This document shows, piece after piece, positions 50,209 to 59,203 of a DNA stretch of 64,000 nt (positions are counted from its first letter, which is position 1; each line of letters starts with the position of its first letter). The notes below the pieces were generated by a model. That model ran no database searches, had not been told where the DNA came from, and saw only the letters and a list, made by a program, of their open reading frames with translations. This DNA comes from Flavobacteriales bacterium (GTDB taxonomy: Bacteria; Bacteroidota; Bacteroidia; Flavobacteriales_F; PHOS-HE28). The DNA is taken from NCBI GenBank assembly GCA_041749915.1, contig JBGTAJ010000195.1:16844-80843 (forward strand), written 5' to 3'. A program made the position numbers and the translations under genes.

Positions 50209-50687
50209 TGATCCGCGTCGGTTTCGGCTTCGACGTGCATCAGCTCGTGGAAGGTCGTGAGCTCTGGCTCGGTGGTGTTCAGATCCCGCATTCGGTGGGG
50301 GCCCTCGGACATTCGGATGCCGATGTGTTGTTGCACGCCGTGTGTGATGCCTTGCTGGGTGCCGTGGCGCTGGGCGACATCGGCAAACATTTCCCCGATA
50401 CCGACCAGCGTTGGAAAGGTGCGGACAGCAAGGTATTGCTGAAGGCGGTGGTCGACCTGCTCGACGAACGCGGCTGGACCGTGGGCAATGTGGATGCTTC
50501 CCTGGTCCTGGAACGGCCGAAGATCATGCCCCATGTTCCCGCGATGCAGCGGATCATGGCCGAGCTGTTGCGTGTGGGCGAGGATGCCGTGAGCATCAAG
50601 GCCACCACCAACGAGCGCATGGGCTACGTGGGTCGGGAGGAAGGCGTCTGTGCCTACGCCGTCGCCCTGGTCCAGCGCAAGGACTGA
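50205..50687 (+). CDS. ispF: 2-C-methyl-D-erythritol 2,4-cyclodiphosphate synthase.
   Basis: Shows IRVGFGFDVHQL and the HSDADV...H metal-site motifs. It overlaps porV by 4 nt. Confidence 0.95.
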   Translation: MMIRVGFGFDVHQLVEGRELWLGGVQIPHSVGALGHSDADVLLHAVCDALLGAVALGDIGKHFPDTDQRWKGADSKVLLKAVVDLLDERGWTVGNVDASLVLERPKIMPHVPAMQRIMAELLRVGEDAVSIKATTNERMGYVGREEGVCAYAVALVQRKD

Positions 50688-50693
50688 GCCCTT

Positions 50694-51341
50694 CTAATCG
50701 TCGCCATCATCCGCCACCTCCGCGAAGGTGCCGTGGCCCTGCTCATCCTCGAAGTAGAACACCCGCAACTGCGCAGTGTCCTTCAGCAGGTCGATCTTGC
50801 CGATCTCCACACGGCTCACCGTGACACCCAGCCGCTCATGCAGGTCCGCATACAGCTGCACCCGGTTCCCGGGTTTGATCAGCTCGATGCGCTCATACAG
50901 GATCTGCTTCATGGCCTCGTGGCGGGTGAGCCAGAGGTGCTCCAGTGCATAGGTCATCACCAGGATCATCCCGTCCGTGAAGACCAGTTCGGCGATGCTG
51001 ACCTTCTTGCTCGCCAGCGAATTGATCACCGCAATGGTGATCACCGCGAACAAGTAGGTCATGTCCTTGATGCTGATCTGTTCCGTGCGGTAGCGCAGCA
51101 CGCCGAAGATGGCGAACAGGCCGAAGGCGAAACCGATGCTGAGCTTTACGCTGTTCAGCAGTACGCAGAGGAAGAAGATGAGCGTGTTGAACAGGAAGTA
51201 GGTGAACAGGTAGTCCTTCTTCCGGTGGATCGGGTAATAGATGAGCCGGATGAGGACGAACAGCACCAAGGCGTTCAGTCCGAACTTGAACAGGAGCTCC
51301 CACATGTCTGCGTGGAAGACGGGCATTCCAAAGACCTTCAT
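50694..51341 (-). CDS. DUF4956 domain-containing membrane protein.
   Basis: Four predicted transmembrane helices followed by an acidic C-terminal tail (EVADDGDD). This family is commonly encoded next to VTC-domain proteins. Confidence 0.6.
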   Translation of the reverse strand: MKVFGMPVFHADMWELLFKFGLNALVLFVLIRLIYYPIHRKKDYLFTYFLFNTLIFFLCVLLNSVKLSIGFAFGLFAIFGVLRYRTEQISIKDMTYLFAVITIAVINSLASKKVSIAELVFTDGMILVMTYALEHLWLTRHEAMKQILYERIELIKPGNRVQLYADLHERLGVTVSRVEIGKIDLLKDTAQLRVFYFEDEQGHGTFAEVADDGDD

Positions 51342-52117
51342 CGTTTCAGTTCCATAGGTAAGGGAAGGGCCCGTTGCCGCAAGCGGTGCAGGCGGAGCAG
51401 TACTTCCTTGAACGCATTGTGTTTCACCGGGCGGTCGAGCATGATCATGCCCACGCAGTACTTGCTCATCCCCGCCTCGCGTATTCCCCGGGCGCGCATC
51501 AGGCGCACAAAGGGCGAACTGCGGTCCGAGCGTTCCTGCTTCAGTTCCGCCACCACGATGTCACCGAGCTCACTTCCCTTCGCAGGGTCTGCGAACCGCA
51601 GACCGATGTCCATGGTGAGCCGCTCGGGACGCGCCTTGTTCACGAAGGTGTAGCGTGTGAAGTAGTTCCAGAGGGTAGGCACCAGCACTTCGTCCCTGCC
51701 GGTGGCCTCTGCGATGTACCGTTGCTGTTCGGGGCTCAATTGCTCCGGTATACCGCCCACCTTCACGCGGGCCTTGTCCGTGCGGCCACCACCGGTCTTG
51801 CGCTTCACTTCCAGGAAGGTGAGGCCACTGCCGATGTACTCCCGGAAGCGGACCTTGTTGCGGAAGGTGCGCTTGTTGTGGTGGTCCTGGAAATGGCGGT
51901 GGTCCGCCGTGTCAAAATAGAGGCTTCGGTATGCCGTCCCGGGCTGTCCGTCCACGTGCAGCAGGCGGTAGTGCTCCTGCATCTCGCCCAGCAGTGCGGG
52001 CAGGTCCCTGCCGGCGAACACATACTTCGTGTCCACCCGGTTCTGCAGCTTGACGCTGTCCATCTCGGTCAGGGAAATGGGCGCGAAACGGGCTATTTGC
52101 TGAGCGACGGGATCCAC
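51338..52117 (-). CDS. VTC-domain (polyphosphate-polymerase-like / CYTH-related) protein.
   Basis: A VTC core (ISLTEMDSVKLQNRVDTKYVF...YRSLYFDT...FLEVKRK). The start is uncertain. The ORF runs to 52255 but would overlap the cdd start on the opposite strand by 23 nt, so the GTG at 52117 was chosen. Confidence 0.55.
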   Translation of the reverse strand: MDPVAQQIARFAPISLTEMDSVKLQNRVDTKYVFAGRDLPALLGEMQEHYRLLHVDGQPGTAYRSLYFDTADHRHFQDHHNKRTFRNKVRFREYIGSGLTFLEVKRKTGGGRTDKARVKVGGIPEQLSPEQQRYIAEATGRDEVLVPTLWNYFTRYTFVNKARPERLTMDIGLRFADPAKGSELGDIVVAELKQERSDRSSPFVRLMRARGIREAGMSKYCVGMIMLDRPVKHNAFKEVLLRLHRLRQRALPLPMELKR

Positions 52118-52232
52118 GGTGGTGGGGCGGGACAAGGAGGCCAAAGCTAGGTATCGGCTGTGTTGGACGGTGGATGACCCGTCCGGTCCGATCGCCGTGT
52201 GCGTAAATTCAGCCCCCTTTCCGAAGAACCCC

Positions 52233-52718
52233 ATGGCCACGGTCCGCACGATCACACTGGAATATGTATCCCATGAAGGGGCCTCGGGCCTTTCATCCGC
52301 CGACCGGTTGCTGCTCCAGGAAGCGGCGGCCGCCGCGGACCGGGCTTATGCCCCCTACTCGAAGTTCCATGTGGGCGCAGCCCTGCGCATGGCCGATGGC
52401 ACGGTGGTCACGGGCAATAACCAGGAGAACGCATCCTTTCCCGCAGGGATCTGCGCCGAACGGACCGCGATCCATGCGGCGATGTCCCGCTGGCCGCAGG
52501 GAGTGGTCACCGAAATGGCCATCATGGTCCCTTCGGTCACCGGTGAACGTCCGGTGTCGCCCTGCGGCATCTGCCGCCAGGCCTTGCTGGAGCAGGAGCA
52601 CCGGCAGGGCGCGCCCATCCGGCTGTTGATGGCGACCTCCGGGAATGCGATCCACGAGCTCGGCAGCGCTGCGGCCTTGTTGCCCCTCTCCTTCGATGCC
52701 AGTTTCCTTCAACCCTGA
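52233..52718 (+). CDS. cdd: Cytidine deaminase.
   Basis: A zinc site (H/C)AE...PCGxCRQ (CAERTAIHAA ... PCGICRQAL); 161 aa. Confidence 0.85.
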   Translation: MATVRTITLEYVSHEGASGLSSADRLLLQEAAAAADRAYAPYSKFHVGAALRMADGTVVTGNNQENASFPAGICAERTAIHAAMSRWPQGVVTEMAIMVPSVTGERPVSPCGICRQALLEQEHRQGAPIRLLMATSGNAIHELGSAAALLPLSFDASFLQP

Positions 52719-52745
52719 AGGGCCCCCTGCGCAGCTGCCCGGGGC

Positions 52746-52753
52746 TATATTTG
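52746..52753 (+). promoter_or_regulatory. Candidate -7 box TATATTTG, 23 nt upstream of pdhA.
   Basis: A perfect TAnnTTTG match in the context gctatatttgccc. Confidence 0.4.
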
Positions 52754-52775
52754 CCCCCTCACGAATGCGTCCTGT

Positions 52776-53822
52776 ATGAGCACAAAGACCGCTTCCAGTA
52801 AGAAGCCGACCAAAAGCGCGGCGTCCCCGACCCAAGGGGGCTTTGACAGTGCCACGTACATGCGCTGGTTCAAGGAGATGATGCTGATGCGTCGTTTCGA
52901 GGAGAAGTGCGGGCAGCTCTACACCATGCAGAAATTCGGCGGTTTCTGCCACCTCTACATCGGGCAGGAGGCCATCCTCGCGGGCATGATCACCGCCATC
53001 CGCCCGTCCGATCGCATCATCACCGGCTACCGTGACCACTGCCATCCGCTGGTGCTGGGCGTTTCTCCCAAGAACGTGATGGCCGAGCTCTACGGCAAAC
53101 TGACCGGAACGAGCAAGGGCAAGGGGGGCAGCATGCACTACTTCGACAAGCAGCGCAACCTTTTCGGTGGGCATGGCATCGTGGGCGGGCAGATCGGCCT
53201 GGGCGCCGGTATCGCCTTCGCCGACAAGTACCGCGGGGAGGACCATGTGACCCTGTGCATGATGGGTGATGGTGCGATCCGCCAGGGTATGCTGCATGAG
53301 ACCTTCAACATGGCCATGACGTGGAAGTTGCCGGTGATCTTCATCATCGAGAACAACAACTATGCTATGGGCACCAGTGTGGAACGCACCAGCAACGTGC
53401 ATGACCTGAGCACCATCGGCGAGAGCTACGACATGCCTGGTCTGGGGGTGAACGGCATGCGCTGCGAGGATGTGCACGAGGCCATCGCCATGGCCTGCGA
53501 TCATGTGCGCGCCGGCAACGGACCCTACCTGCTGGACATCAAGACCTACCGCTACAAGGGGCACAGTATGAGCGACCCCCAGAAGTACCGCACCAAGGAA
53601 GAGGTGGAGGAGTACAAAAAGCAGGACCCCATCGAGGGTGTGCGCGATGTGCTGCTCACGAAGAAGTGGGCCACGGAGGCCGAACTCGATGCGATCGATG
53701 CGGCCGTGAAGAAGGAGGTGGAGGAAGCGGTGAAGTTCGCGGAGGACAGCCCGATGGCCACCGCCGAGGAGCTTTACAACGATGTGTATTTCGAGCGGGA
53801 TTATCCATTCGAGAAGGACTGA
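52776..53822 (+). CDS. pdhA: Pyruvate dehydrogenase (acetyl-transferring) E1 component alpha subunit.
   Basis: A TPP-binding motif GDGAIRQG...N and the phosphorylation-loop-like region YRYKGHSMSDP. Confidence 0.9.
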   Translation: MSTKTASSKKPTKSAASPTQGGFDSATYMRWFKEMMLMRRFEEKCGQLYTMQKFGGFCHLYIGQEAILAGMITAIRPSDRIITGYRDHCHPLVLGVSPKNVMAELYGKLTGTSKGKGGSMHYFDKQRNLFGGHGIVGGQIGLGAGIAFADKYRGEDHVTLCMMGDGAIRQGMLHETFNMAMTWKLPVIFIIENNNYAMGTSVERTSNVHDLSTIGESYDMPGLGVNGMRCEDVHEAIAMACDHVRAGNGPYLLDIKTYRYKGHSMSDPQKYRTKEEVEEYKKQDPIEGVRDVLLTKKWATEAELDAIDAAVKKEVEEAVKFAEDSPMATAEELYNDVYFERDYPFEKD

Positions 53823-53855
53823 GCAACACCTGCGCCGGGCTACGGCGTTATAGAC

Positions 53856-55154
53856 ATGGCCGAGATCGTACGCATGCCCAAGTTGAGCGACACCATGACC
53901 GAAGGGGTGGTGGCCGCCTGGCACAAGAAAGTGGGGGACAAGGTCAAGAGCGGCGAAGTGCTTGCCGAGATCGAGACCGACAAGGCCACCATGGAATTCG
54001 AGAGCTTCACCGATGGTGTGCTGTTGCACATCGGTGTGGAAAAAGGCAAGACGGCCGCTGTGGACAGCGTGCTTGCCGTGCTGGGCAAGGAAGGAGAGGA
54101 CATCACCAAGTTGCTCGCCGATGCCGCCGCCAGCGCACCCCAGGAGACGGTAGCGAAGGAGGTGAAGGAGGAGAAGAAAGTGAAAGGGGAGAAGGACGTG
54201 AAGGAGGAAGAAGCGCCGGTGAAAGCGGCCGCTCCTGCGAGCGCTCCAAGGCCTGCCGCGCCAGCTGCTCGTCCAGCAGCGCAATTGCACACAGCGGCGA
54301 ACGGTCGTGTGAAAGCCAGCCCGCTCGCCAAACAACTGGCCGAGGAGAAGGGGATCGACATTTCACGTGTGCCAGGGTCCGGTCCCGAAGGGCGTGTGAC
54401 CAAGGCCGACATCGAGAACTTCACCGGTGGTGCCGGCATGTTCACCGTGCCGCAGGTGGAAGCCTTCGAGGAAGTGCCCGTGAGCCAGATGCGCAAGACC
54501 ATCGCGCGCCGCCTCGCGGAGAGCAAGTTCACGGCTCCGCACTTCTACTTGACCCTGGAGATCGACATGGAGCGCGCCATGCAGGTGCGCGAGGCCATCA
54601 ACACCAGCATCGCTCCGGAGAAGATCTCCTACAACGACCTTGTGATCAAGGCGGTGGCCGTGGCCCTGAAGCAGCACCCCAAGGTGAACAGCTCCTGGCT
54701 CGGTGATCGTATCCGCTTCAACCAGCACGTGCACATCGGCGTGGCGGTGGCCGTGGAGGAAGGCCTGTTGGTGCCCGTGGTGCGCTTCGCCGATGGCAAG
54801 CCCCTGCGCACCATCGGGGCGGAGGTACGCGATTTCGCCAAGAAGGCCAAGGAGAAGAAACTGCAACCGGCCGACTGGGAAGGCAACACCTTCACCATCT
54901 CCAACCTGGGCATGTTCGGCATTGAGGAGTTCACCGCCATCATCAACCCGCCCGATGCCTGCATCATGGCTGTGGGGGGCATCATGGAAAAGCCCGTGGT
55001 GCGTGGGGGACAGATCGTGCCCGGCCACACCATGAAAGTGACCCTGAGCTGCGACCACCGTGTGGTGGACGGCGCCACCGGAGCGGCCTTCCTGAACACC
55101 TTCAAGCAGATGCTGGAGGAGCCGGCGTTGCTGCTGGGGGCTGGGGCGATCTGA
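53856..55154 (+). CDS. Dihydrolipoamide acetyltransferase (2-oxo acid dehydrogenase E2 component).
   Basis: An N-terminal lipoyl domain (EIETDKATME), an Ala/Pro-rich linker, a peripheral-subunit-binding domain, and a catalytic domain with DHRVVDG. Confidence 0.9.
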   Translation: MAEIVRMPKLSDTMTEGVVAAWHKKVGDKVKSGEVLAEIETDKATMEFESFTDGVLLHIGVEKGKTAAVDSVLAVLGKEGEDITKLLADAAASAPQETVAKEVKEEKKVKGEKDVKEEEAPVKAAAPASAPRPAAPAARPAAQLHTAANGRVKASPLAKQLAEEKGIDISRVPGSGPEGRVTKADIENFTGGAGMFTVPQVEAFEEVPVSQMRKTIARRLAESKFTAPHFYLTLEIDMERAMQVREAINTSIAPEKISYNDLVIKAVAVALKQHPKVNSSWLGDRIRFNQHVHIGVAVAVEEGLLVPVVRFADGKPLRTIGAEVRDFAKKAKEKKLQPADWEGNTFTISNLGMFGIEEFTAIINPPDACIMAVGGIMEKPVVRGGQIVPGHTMKVTLSCDHRVVDGATGAAFLNTFKQMLEEPALLLGAGAI

Positions 55155-55257
55155 ATGGAGGTCTGACGTTACGATCTGTCGATGTTCACGAGCCGTCCGC
55201 GGCAAGGTGGATATACTATCGCGCTGTCGTCGACGTTGCATTTGCATTCCAAGTGTC

Positions 55258-55923
55258 ATGTCCGAGTCCTTACGCCATCGTCTCGCCCTTGGTCTGTGGA
55301 TCAGTCTGGCCTGTATGTTCAGCATCTGCCTTGTGCTATACCGGATGGAGCGCACCGGCACCATCTACTTCAGCTTCCTGCTGTGGAACCTGTTGCTGGC
55401 ACTTATCCCTATTGTGTTCAGTACACTTGCCTGGGTGGTCAGCCGCTCGCGCTGGAAATTGTTCGCCCTGCTTTTCCTGCTGCCCTGGCTGTTGTTCTTT
55501 CCCAACGCTCCGTACATCCTCACGGATCTCTTGCACCTCAAGTCCCGCGTCGCCATGCCATTGTGGTACGACATGGTGATGCTCCTGTCCTTCGGGCTTA
55601 ACGGCCTTTTTCTCGGCTACATTTCCCTGGTCATGGTCGAGTCCGTTCTGGAGCGCCTCTTCAATCGCGCTTTTGCAGTGACCGGATCGTTGGTGTTCAC
55701 GTTCGCTGCGGCCTATGGTATCTACTTGGGCCGTTACCACCGGATGAACAGTTGGGATGTGTGGACCGATCCATTGAGCATTGCCCATCAAATACTTGAC
55801 CCTTTGCTCCATCCTTTGGCGCATGCACGTGTTTGGGCGATCACTTTCTTGCTCGGCTTCATGATCTACATGGGCTATCGCTTGGTCCGTGAACTCGGTG
55901 CAAGACCGAGAGCGGCTATATGA
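55258..55923 (+). CDS. DUF1361 domain-containing membrane protein.
   Basis: A polytopic membrane protein whose pattern FLLWNLLLALIP...LLFFPNAPYILTDLLHL is recalled as DUF1361. It starts at the ATG at 55258 within the GTG-initiated ORF. Confidence 0.6.
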   Translation: MSESLRHRLALGLWISLACMFSICLVLYRMERTGTIYFSFLLWNLLLALIPIVFSTLAWVVSRSRWKLFALLFLLPWLLFFPNAPYILTDLLHLKSRVAMPLWYDMVMLLSFGLNGLFLGYISLVMVESVLERLFNRAFAVTGSLVFTFAAAYGIYLGRYHRMNSWDVWTDPLSIAHQILDPLLHPLAHARVWAITFLLGFMIYMGYRLVRELGARPRAAI

Positions 55924-56249
55924 GCGATTTCAGATAACTACTTCGAGCCACCGCATGACCGCCAGGGGTAAGGCCCCCGCTGCTGTTCAACATCGGCAGG
56001 GTTTCCTGAGGAACGAGGGGACCCCGACGCTTTCGTCACCGTTACCGGCAGGGTCCACTGCGTGAGACCCTGCCGAGGTCTGATGTGGTATAACAGGGAT
56101 GGTCCGTTGGTACCGTGTTGGAGTTCGCCAGCTGGGACGTTAAGCGGTCCTTGGCGAGTCCAAATGCATCCAGGGGTGTCAGGGAAAGGTTGGCGTTGCT
56201 GCATGGGGATATACCCGGCCCGTGTACTTTCGTGATCATGCGCGTCAAA

Positions 56250-56903
56250 ATGCACACGTTGAAGGCCCCGGGAGTGGGCGTATTCATGTTGGTGCTGGCC
56301 GTCACCGGCTGTAAGAAGGATGATGCCGACCCGGCCCCGACCGATCCGGTGGGGAACACGACCTCATCCTACACCCTGAGCCTTGAACTGGATGGCAGCC
56401 CCGTGCTGAAAACCACCACCACCGACATCTTCGTTCCCGGAGCGATGGGCAGCTCCAACATGGACCTTACCGTCTGTACAAGTCATCAGGAATCCATCGT
56501 GTCCGACTCGGTGGATGTGTACGATCGGTGGCGGGTAGGCCTGATCAAGACCTTCTACGGCTTGGGTAGCACGCCTTCAGTGGATAGTGTGAACACCATG
56601 GTCGTGCTCGGAGCGAGGTCTTATGGTGCCTTTGTTTGGAACCCCGGCACCTTGGCCTACGAGATCAGTGATGGAGTGCGTGTGGAGTGGACCGACCCCC
56701 AGGGCACCAACTGGTCTACGGACCGGGGCACTGCCGACCAGACGGGAAGCACGTTCAGCGTCAATGAGCGCAGTTCCACAGGTGATCCCTTCGGCCCCCG
56801 TTACACCTTCAAAGTGACGTTCAGCTGCAGGTTGTACGATGGCTCGGGCAATAGCAAGCTGGTCACCAATGGTGAGCTCTTCGGCCCGGTGATCACGCAG
56901 TGA
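56250..56903 (+). CDS. Hypothetical lipoprotein, paralog A.
   Basis: A lipobox (LAVTGC) followed by KKDDADPAP. It shares conserved blocks with the lipoprotein at 58568 (DGVRV.W.D..GT.WSTD; F.V...G...R.F.V.F.C.L). An alternative start is at 56238. Confidence 0.5.
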   Translation: MHTLKAPGVGVFMLVLAVTGCKKDDADPAPTDPVGNTTSSYTLSLELDGSPVLKTTTTDIFVPGAMGSSNMDLTVCTSHQESIVSDSVDVYDRWRVGLIKTFYGLGSTPSVDSVNTMVVLGARSYGAFVWNPGTLAYEISDGVRVEWTDPQGTNWSTDRGTADQTGSTFSVNERSSTGDPFGPRYTFKVTFSCRLYDGSGNSKLVTNGELFGPVITQ

Positions 56904-56921
56904 TCGTTAGGAGAACCGATC

Positions 56922-58367
56922 ATGTCTCAACCAATCCCCACCATCCGCTGTTCCACCGATGGACTTTCGCGGTCCGAGGTGATCGTCCTGCTCTTCCAGG
57001 CCTTTCGCGAACTGAAGTGGGGCGTGGAGCACCTGCATCCCATGCGGGTGGTGGCGGTCACGCCAAGGTCCGCGTTCTCCTGGGGTGAAGAGGTGGTGAT
57101 CGACCTTGACGATGATGGGTTCACGGCCCTGAGCAAGTTCCAACAATGGAGCATCATCCCGGGGCGCAAACGACACCCGCGCAACCTCGACCGGCTCATG
57201 GAGGCTTTTGCCCTGGCCCGGGTGAGCGTGACACCGGAAGTGATGGCCACCGAACTGAAGGAATTGGACGAGAGCGGTGTGATGACCCAGGACGCCAGCA
57301 CGGCGAAGTCCCATGAATTCCACTGGAAGGACATCGGAATGGCGTTCATTCCGCGGAAGGACTTTTTCGCAACACCACTGCTCATTGATATCAGCGTGGT
57401 TGTGTTCGTGCTGATGGTGGTTTCCGGCGTGCATTTCATGGAACCCACCGGAGAGGACCTCGTTGCCTGGGGCGGCAACTGGCGTGGTGCGACCATGGCC
57501 GGGGAATGGTGGCGCCTGCTCACTTGCTGCTTCGTGCACATCGGCATCGTCCATCTGCTCTTCAACATGTACGCCCTGTTGATGGTGGGCATCCACCTGG
57601 AACCCCTTTTGGGCCGCTTCCGGGTACTGGCGCTGTATGTGATCACCGGTGTCCTGGCCAGTGTGGCCAGCTTGTGGTGGCATGACAATACGGTGAGCGC
57701 GGGTGCTTCCGGTGCGATCTTCGGGCTGTACGGCGTGTTCCTGGCCTTGCTCACCACCGACCTCTTGCACAAGGAGGTGCGCCAGCAATTGCTTTCCAGC
57801 ATCGGCATCTTCGTGGTGTACAACCTGGTCTATGGCCTGCAGGGCGGCGTGGACAATGCCGCGCACATCGGTGGGCTGGTGAGCGGGGTGGTGCTGGGCT
57901 TTGCTATGTATCCCTCACTTCGTAGACCCGAGGCAACGACCTTGCGCTGGAGCTCTGTGCTGCTGCCGTCCGTGGCCCTGTCCGCGGTCGGTGTATGGGC
58001 CGTTGGCTCGCTTCCGGGCGAGGACCATGTGTTCGAGGAACGGATACAGGTCTTCAGTCGATTGGAGGATGAAGGTTTGGCGATGTTCAAGTTGGGAGAT
58101 GACGTTACGAGCGTCCAGCAACTGGTTGTGCTGGATGAGCGCAGCGCCCCGGCCTGGGACAGCGCCCTGGTGCTATTGGAGGGTACCACCACCTTGGACC
58201 TATCCCCTGCTGCAACCGAGCGTAGGGCCATGTTACTGGCTTACACCCACGAACGCATAGTGAACACCCGCCTGATCCGACAGGCGCTCACCAGCCCCGA
58301 CACGGATACCGACAGCCTTATCGAACGCAGCTTCGCAAGGCTCGATTCGATCCTGGGGGAGCAGTGA
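56922..58367 (+). CDS. Rhomboid-family intramembrane serine protease with extended N- and C-terminal soluble domains.
   Basis: A transmembrane core containing GASGAIFG (the catalytic serine) and AAHIGGLVSG (the catalytic histidine). It is flanked by an N-terminal domain of about 150 aa and a C-terminal domain of about 160 aa. Confidence 0.8.
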   Translation: MSQPIPTIRCSTDGLSRSEVIVLLFQAFRELKWGVEHLHPMRVVAVTPRSAFSWGEEVVIDLDDDGFTALSKFQQWSIIPGRKRHPRNLDRLMEAFALARVSVTPEVMATELKELDESGVMTQDASTAKSHEFHWKDIGMAFIPRKDFFATPLLIDISVVVFVLMVVSGVHFMEPTGEDLVAWGGNWRGATMAGEWWRLLTCCFVHIGIVHLLFNMYALLMVGIHLEPLLGRFRVLALYVITGVLASVASLWWHDNTVSAGASGAIFGLYGVFLALLTTDLLHKEVRQQLLSSIGIFVVYNLVYGLQGGVDNAAHIGGLVSGVVLGFAMYPSLRRPEATTLRWSSVLLPSVALSAVGVWAVGSLPGEDHVFEERIQVFSRLEDEGLAMFKLGDDVTSVQQLVVLDERSAPAWDSALVLLEGTTTLDLSPAATERRAMLLAYTHERIVNTRLIRQALTSPDTDTDSLIERSFARLDSILGEQ

Positions 58368-58567
58368 ACGGCCGTTCAGGCCCAGTTTGATAAGCGCTGG
58401 ACAGTGTGCCGGCGCCTCTTTTCAGTGCCGTGCAGCAGGTGGTTCTTACCTCGTGCAGTACCCTGCCGTTTCAAAAGAACTCCGCTCCAGGCAAGCGCCA
58501 CACAGGACGTTCTTCCTGTACAACCCGATGATGAACGCTTATCTTCATCACCCTCACCCCATGCGCC

Positions 58568-59203
58568 ATGAAGTACACCTTGACACTGCTGCAGGCCATC
58601 ACGCTGATCGTTTCATGCAAGAAAGACGACGAGGAACCTGCGCCCAATGCCGCTGCTTCCGGCACTGTACCGCTCTGGACCCCTTCGCTGGTTGTCATCC
58701 GAGCCGGTGACACTTCCGCTCTCGCAACGCCTTCATGGTCCTTCAGCTCTTCCACCACGGATCAAGCGGTGAGCGGGGGGCACCACATGTTGCAGGAGGC
58801 GGTGATCTCCAGCTCCACCGGCCCGGAGCAATGGCGCATCGGATTCGTGGGCACCTTCCTGACAGCGAACGGGCAACCCGCCACACCTCAACAGTGCGGG
58901 ACGATGGCCACGGTCACCGACCATTTCTTTGGGCGCTTTGCGTGGGATGAGGAGGGTCAGCTGTTCAACGTGGCAGATGGAGTACGGGTGGTCATGGTGG
59001 ATACTGCGGGAACCGTCTGGTCGACCGATACACCAACCAGCACCTCCACTTGGAGTTTTCAAGTGACGGCCTCCACGAGCACTGGCGCCAATACCGGGAC
59101 CGAGCGTCAGGTGCGGCTCACCTTCAACTGCGTGCTTCGAAACCCGCAAGGACAGTCGACCTCGGTGCGGGGTACCTATCAGGGGCCGCTCGTGGTCCTG
59201 TGA
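58568..59203 (+). CDS. Hypothetical lipoprotein, paralog B.
   Basis: A lipobox (IVSC) followed by KKDDEEPAP, then the same conserved blocks as paralog A. It is Ser/Thr-rich. Confidence 0.5.
   Translation: MKYTLTLLQAITLIVSCKKDDEEPAPNAAASGTVPLWTPSLVVIRAGDTSALATPSWSFSSSTTDQAVSGGHHMLQEAVISSSTGPEQWRIGFVGTFLTANGQPATPQQCGTMATVTDHFFGRFAWDEEGQLFNVADGVRVVMVDTAGTVWSTDTPTSTSTWSFQVTASTSTGANTGTERQVRLTFNCVLRNPQGQSTSVRGTYQGPLVVL

Noticed and set aside
51338-52255. The full-length 305-aa VTC ORF starting at 52255.
   Set aside because: It would overlap the cdd start on the opposite strand by 23 nt. An internal GTG at 52117 still precedes the conserved VTC N-terminus, so the shorter model is reported with an explicit caveat.
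58365-58378. A 14-bp perfect palindrome TGAACGGCCGTTCA overlapping the rhomboid stop codon.
   Set aside because: The stem is too short (5 bp plus a 4-nt loop) and lacks a U-tract for a confident terminator. It may be coincidental.
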